A DNA stretch of 64,000 nt from Armatimonadota bacterium (lineage in GTDB: Bacteria > Armatimonadota > UBA5829 > DSUL01), in the NCBI GenBank assembly GCA_025998755.1, contig AP024674.1, positions 1,936,162-2,000,161 of the forward strand, given 5' to 3'. The position numbers and the translations under genes were made by a program. Each line of letters begins with the position of its first letter. The first letter of the stretch is position 1. Below are positions 60,250 to 64,000 of the stretch, in pieces. Below the pieces are notes generated by a model. That model worked only from the letters and a program-made list of their open reading frames with translations, was not told where the DNA came from and did not search any database.

Positions 60250-61176
60250 ATGAGTATTCTCCGGGAAAAGCCTGGCGCGGACCGGGCCGCACGCTCAAGC
60301 ATCGCCCGCCCAGTGCCAATAATCGCTATAGCAACGGTGCTCCTTGTGTGCTCGGGATGCTTCCGGCCGGAAGTGCCGGAAGCCCGCCTACGGGTGGTCT
60401 TCCCGGACCTGGGACAGGCCGAGGCCATCATTCTGCAGACGAAGGATGCAGCCCTCCTGGTAGATTGCGGCGAGACCGACAGCGGACCGGCCATCCTCCG
60501 GGAGCTGCGCCGGCTCGGCATCAACAGACTGGACCTGGTTTTCCTGACCCATCCGCACGCGGATCATATTGGCGGATTTCCGTATCTGGCCGATCGGATG
60601 CGCGTCCGGCTATTGATGGACTCAGGCTTTCTGCAGGAGTCGGCCCTTCAGGCAAAAGTGATGCATACGGCGCGGCAGCAGGGGATCCCCCGGCGTCGTG
60701 CGGTGGCAGGGCAGTTCATCCGGCTGGGAGACAGCCTCTCCTTCTCGGTGCTTTGGCCGGAGCGTCGTCACATGACCGGGACGGAGTCGGATGCGAACAA
60801 CAACTCGGTGGTGCTGATGGTCCGGCACGGCGCGGTGCGCATCCTGCTGACCGGCGACCTGCAACAGGAAGGGGAGTTCGCGCTGATGCGTCGCTGGCCG
60901 GATCTGCGGGCGGACGTGCTGAAAGTGGGCCATCAGGGATCCGACGATGCCGCCGGCGCGCCGCTTCTGTCAAGGGTACAGCCTCGCTGGGCGGTGATCG
61001 TGGCCGGCAGGGACAACAGTTACGGGCATCCCTCGCCCCGGACGGTGCAGCGGTTGCGCTCCGCAGGGGCCACCGTGCTCTGTACCGCTTCGGTGGGCAA
61101 GGTGGAGTTCGAGTCTGACGGCCGGACGATCCGGCCGGTCAGGGAGCGCCTGGCGGTTCCCGCCGCCAGCCGCTGA
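60250..61176 (+). CDS. ComEC-type metallo-beta-lactamase-fold lipoprotein
   Basis: Lipobox LLVCSGC; LVDCGETD...[13 protein letters not shown]...GDLQQEGE...KVGHQGS, typical of the ComEC C-terminal hydrolase domain. Confidence 0.75.
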   Translation: MSILREKPGADRAARSSIARPVPIIAIATVLLVCSGCFRPEVPEARLRVVFPDLGQAEAIILQTKDAALLVDCGETDSGPAILRELRRLGINRLDLVFLTHPHADHIGGFPYLADRMRVRLLMDSGFLQESALQAKVMHTARQQGIPRRRAVAGQFIRLGDSLSFSVLWPERRHMTGTESDANNNSVVLMVRHGAVRILLTGDLQQEGEFALMRRWPDLRADVLKVGHQGSDDAAGAPLLSRVQPRWAVIVAGRDNSYGHPSPRTVQRLRSAGATVLCTASVGKVEFESDGRTIRPVRERLAVPAASR

Positions 61177-61223
61177 GGTGGATTCACAGCGGGAAAGGAA
61201 GGGATAAGGAGACAACACGCCCG

Positions 61224-61883
61224 ATGAATGGCGATTTCAGACCCGGCGGCCCCGGGATAACGGCGCTGGAAGCATCCGGCTCTGTCACCAGTCTTCCTCG
61301 CCCCCACTCGCTGGCAATACTCTCCTGCGGAGTGGGCGCGGACCAGGTTTTGGGAGCGGTGCTCTCCAGTGTGCGATACGGTTCCTCAACGGCGATAGCG
61401 GCGTTTCCTGATGTGCGCAGGGGATTCTGCCGGCTTCTATGCGACCGCCTTTCGGTGGAATGCGGCCTTTCCATCTCGGAGCTGACGGAAACGCAGGCTC
61501 ACACCACGCAATCCCCCTGCATCGTACCTGCACAGTACACGGCACGATGGAGCGAGGCCGCTCCGGGCGGTCCTATCCGTATAGAAGCGGTCGAGATCGA
61601 GGAGGGCGCAGAGGCAGGCTCCCGTCTGCGCAGCGCGTGCTCCTCGGCGATCACAGTGTTCGGCGGCGACATCTGGCTGGTGGTGCTCGCCGGAATGGCA
61701 TCGAACGACATTGTGGAGGCGGCTCGGGTGGTTAAAAACGCGGGAGGAAGGGTGAGCGTGCAGGATGAACCCACATCCCTCATCTGGGACGCTCCCCGGA
61801 GTGTGCTGCAGGCCGGGCTTTCTGATGAGATGCTGCCCCTCTGGGGGGTGAGCGGCCTGCTGGGAATGGCGGCAGAGGGCTAG
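61224..61883 (+). CDS. CheB methylesterase-like domain protein (stand-alone, probably catalytically degenerate)
   Basis: C-terminal LAGMASNDIVEAARVVKNAGGRVSVQDEPTSLIWDAPRSVLQAG...LPL matches the CheB catalytic-domain C-terminus; the expected GASTGG Ser and QHM His positions read ILSCGVGA and IAAFPD. Confidence 0.45.
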   Translation: MNGDFRPGGPGITALEASGSVTSLPRPHSLAILSCGVGADQVLGAVLSSVRYGSSTAIAAFPDVRRGFCRLLCDRLSVECGLSISELTETQAHTTQSPCIVPAQYTARWSEAAPGGPIRIEAVEIEEGAEAGSRLRSACSSAITVFGGDIWLVVLAGMASNDIVEAARVVKNAGGRVSVQDEPTSLIWDAPRSVLQAGLSDEMLPLWGVSGLLGMAAEG

Positions 61884-61887
61884 CGGG

Positions 61888-63624
61888 ATGGTCTCAGCAG
61901 ACACCTTTTACCGCAACAGACTGGGGGGTATCCTCCTGGCAGCGGGGCTGGTCTCGGAAAAGGAGATCGAGGATGCCCTAGATACGCAGCGTCAAACCGG
62001 CCAGAGGCTCGGAGACACGCTGGTGCAGGCGGGCCTGGTCCACGAGGAGGATATCGTGGAGGCCCGGAGCCTGCAACTGGATATCCCGCACGTGCATCTT
62101 GTGCCTGAGCAGGTTGACCCGGAGGTCGCCCGCCTGGTGCCCGAACCCATTGCTCGGCAGTATCAGCTTGTGCCCATCAGCGCCCGCGACGACTGCCTGG
62201 TCATCGCGATGTTCGATCCGCTGGACGTGGAAGCTGTGGATCTGGTCCAGCGGGTGACCCGCCGCAATGTCAAGCCGGTGGTTGCGAGCGAGCAAGCCAT
62301 TACCGCCCTCATAGACGCCACCTGGGGCGGCGGCCAGAGCGCGGAGCTCGCGGAGGTCCTGGAGGAGGCGATGGACTCCATGAGCGACCTGGAGGTGGCA
62401 GAGTCCGCGGACGAAGAAGAAGGCGACCTCGCCGAGGCCCGGCGGATGAGCGAACAGGCGCCCATCGTCCGGACGGTAAACCACATCCTGCGGGATGCCG
62501 TCAACCTCGGCGCAAGCGACATCCACGTTGAGCCGCGATCAAACGGGTGCCTGGTGCGCTTCCGCGTGGATGGAGCGTTGCGGGACGTCAAACTGCTGCC
62601 AAAACCCATCCAGGCGGCCATCATCTCCCGATTGAAGATCATGGGAGATCTGGACATCGCCGAGAAGCGGCTGCCCCAGGACGGCCGCATCACCATCCGC
62701 GTGGCGCGCCGGACCGTGGATATCCGGCTATCCACTTTGCCCACCCATCACGGCGAGCGCGTCGTGATGCGGCTGCTGGACAAGAGCGTCAACGCTCTGA
62801 AGCTGGAGCAGCTCGGCTTCTCGGATCATGGGCTGGACGCCATCCGGCAGATCATCCGCAAACCCTACGGAATCGTCCTGGTCACGGGGCCGACCGGAAG
62901 CGGCAAGACCACCACGCTGTACTCCTGCCTCAGCGAGGTGCGCAGCCCGGAGATCAACATCATCACGGTGGAGGATCCCATCGAGTACGAGCTGGAGGGC
63001 GTCAGCCAGTCGGCAGTCAACGTGAAAGCCGGGTTGACCTTCGCCAAGCAGCTGCGCGCCATATTGCGTCAGGATCCGGATGTCATCCTGGTGGGTGAGA
63101 TCAGGGACCAGGAGACCGCCGACATCGCCTTCCGCGCTAGTATGACCGGGCATCTGGTCTTCAGCACTTTGCACTGCAATGATGCTGCCGGCGCGTTCGC
63201 CCGACTTACGGATATGGGCGTGGAGCCGTTCCTGATCGCGTCCTCCCTCAGCGCGGTGCTGGCTCAAAGGCTGGTGCGCACCATCTGCCCCGCTTGCCGC
63301 GAGCAGTATGAACCGGGGCCCGAAGAGGCAGCCCTGCTGGCCGCCAATGGGATAGACGCGGCCGGGTTGCGCCTGGCGCGCGGCCGCGGCTGTAAGACTT
63401 GCGCCAACACGGGCTTCAAGGGCCGCACTCTGGTGTCCGAAGTGTTGCCGGTCTCCAGCGAGATCCGTCGGATGGCGGTGAGGTGCGAGTCTGCGGACGT
63501 GATCCGAGCCCAGGCTATCGCCGAAGGGATGAGCTCAATGCGCCAGGACGCATTCCGCAAAGTGGTGGAAGGCCTGACCACACTGGATGAGATTTGCCGG
63601 AAAGTGCTGGTGACTGAGGAATAG
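61888..63624 (+). CDS. gspE: type II secretion / type IV pilus assembly ATPase (GspE/PilB family)
   Basis: T2SSE_N domain at N-terminus; Walker A VTGPTGSGKTTTLYS; Asp box, Walker B, His box; tetracysteine CPACR...CKTCANTG. Confidence 0.9.
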   Translation: MVSADTFYRNRLGGILLAAGLVSEKEIEDALDTQRQTGQRLGDTLVQAGLVHEEDIVEARSLQLDIPHVHLVPEQVDPEVARLVPEPIARQYQLVPISARDDCLVIAMFDPLDVEAVDLVQRVTRRNVKPVVASEQAITALIDATWGGGQSAELAEVLEEAMDSMSDLEVAESADEEEGDLAEARRMSEQAPIVRTVNHILRDAVNLGASDIHVEPRSNGCLVRFRVDGALRDVKLLPKPIQAAIISRLKIMGDLDIAEKRLPQDGRITIRVARRTVDIRLSTLPTHHGERVVMRLLDKSVNALKLEQLGFSDHGLDAIRQIIRKPYGIVLVTGPTGSGKTTTLYSCLSEVRSPEINIITVEDPIEYELEGVSQSAVNVKAGLTFAKQLRAILRQDPDVILVGEIRDQETADIAFRASMTGHLVFSTLHCNDAAGAFARLTDMGVEPFLIASSLSAVLAQRLVRTICPACREQYEPGPEEAALLAANGIDAAGLRLARGRGCKTCANTGFKGRTLVSEVLPVSSEIRRMAVRCESADVIRAQAIAEGMSSMRQDAFRKVVEGLTTLDEICRKVLVTEE

Positions 63625-63756
63625 ACCGCCCAGGTTGTGCTTCAGAGGCCAGGGACGCTATGATTGGGGCTGGGCGCCGGACAGGCGGCCAGCCCTTTTC
63701 TGCGCGGTTACACGCCGAAAGGCCCCATGCTCCGGCTCCGGCGGGATGGACAGGAT

Positions 63757-64000
63757 ATGGAGTTCACGCAATCCCTTGAACTGCTGAGTCAGGCTGAAGC
63801 ATTGCTGCCGGGAGGGGTGAACAGCCCCGTCCGAGCATTTCGGGCGGTGGAGGGCACCCCACCGTTCATCGTCCGGGCAGAAGGTTGCCGCCTTACGGAC
63901 GCAGACGGCAACGAGTTCATTGACTATGTCGGCTCCTGGGGGCCGATGTTGTTCGGGCACGCCCGGCAGGAGGTGGTGCGCGCCGTGCAAGAGGCTGCGC
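63757..64000 (+). CDS. hemL: glutamate-1-semialdehyde 2,1-aminomutase, 5' fragment (runs off window)
   Basis: [63 protein letters not shown] matches the HemL N-terminus. Confidence 0.8.
   Translation, partial: MEFTQSLELLSQAEALLPGGVNSPVRAFRAVEGTPPFIVRAEGCRLTDADGNEFIDYVGSWGPMLFGHARQEVVRAVQEAA

Overview
High-GC (about 67%) bacterial chromosomal window; DUF1559 prepilin-type, DUF1573 and PEP-CTERM proteins suggest the Planctomycetota/Verrucomicrobiota/Armatimonadota neighbourhood. It is gene-dense core DNA, mostly on the minus strand in the first half. I found no CRISPR array, transposase, integrase or prophage genes.

Main content:
- Housekeeping: a truncated secreted glycoside hydrolase at the 5' edge; gpsA; gatC-gatA-gatB; the nusG-secE-tRNA-Trp-rpmG-tuf-tRNA(Thr/Tyr/Thr) block; lepA, nfo, ferritin, hisF, and a partial hemL at the 3' edge.
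- A four-gene class-III aminotransferase / AraA-like isomerase / FGGY kinase / DhnA-type aldolase operon joined by GTGA and TGATG start-stop overlaps, with a short gap before the aldolase.
- A Crp/Fnr - FeS (PCP_red/4Fe-4S) - cupin D-lyxose-isomerase-like - SDR epimerase array.
- DNA repair is concentrated here: an MrfA/YprA-like DUF1998 helicase, a full-length Lhr (1443 aa), a split ComEC, and a complete ligase-associated DNA damage-response cluster.

The repair cluster is the most unusual element (50669..58562). The canonical set (MBL/beta-CASP exonuclease, ATP-dependent ligase, Lhr-Core helicase, PdeM/MPE phosphoesterase) is expanded into a six-gene operon joined by 4-nt ATGA/GTGA start-stop overlaps. 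A CaCA Na+/Ca2+ exchanger sits between the exonuclease and ligase genes, and a membrane-anchored EEP-family nuclease/phosphatase is appended after PdeM.

Other notable items:
- An HExxH membrane protease-like gene directly followed by a fusion of a multi-TM N-terminal domain with LemA.
- A DUF1573 - rhodanese - DoxX/MauE - Cys-rich mini-protein operon.
- A degenerate CheB-like methylesterase domain gene abutting gspE/pilB.
- A frameshifted TauE/SafE gene.
- A 1010-aa secreted PDZ + CBM9-like protein.

All calls rest on reading the six-frame translations and motifs. No database search was run.
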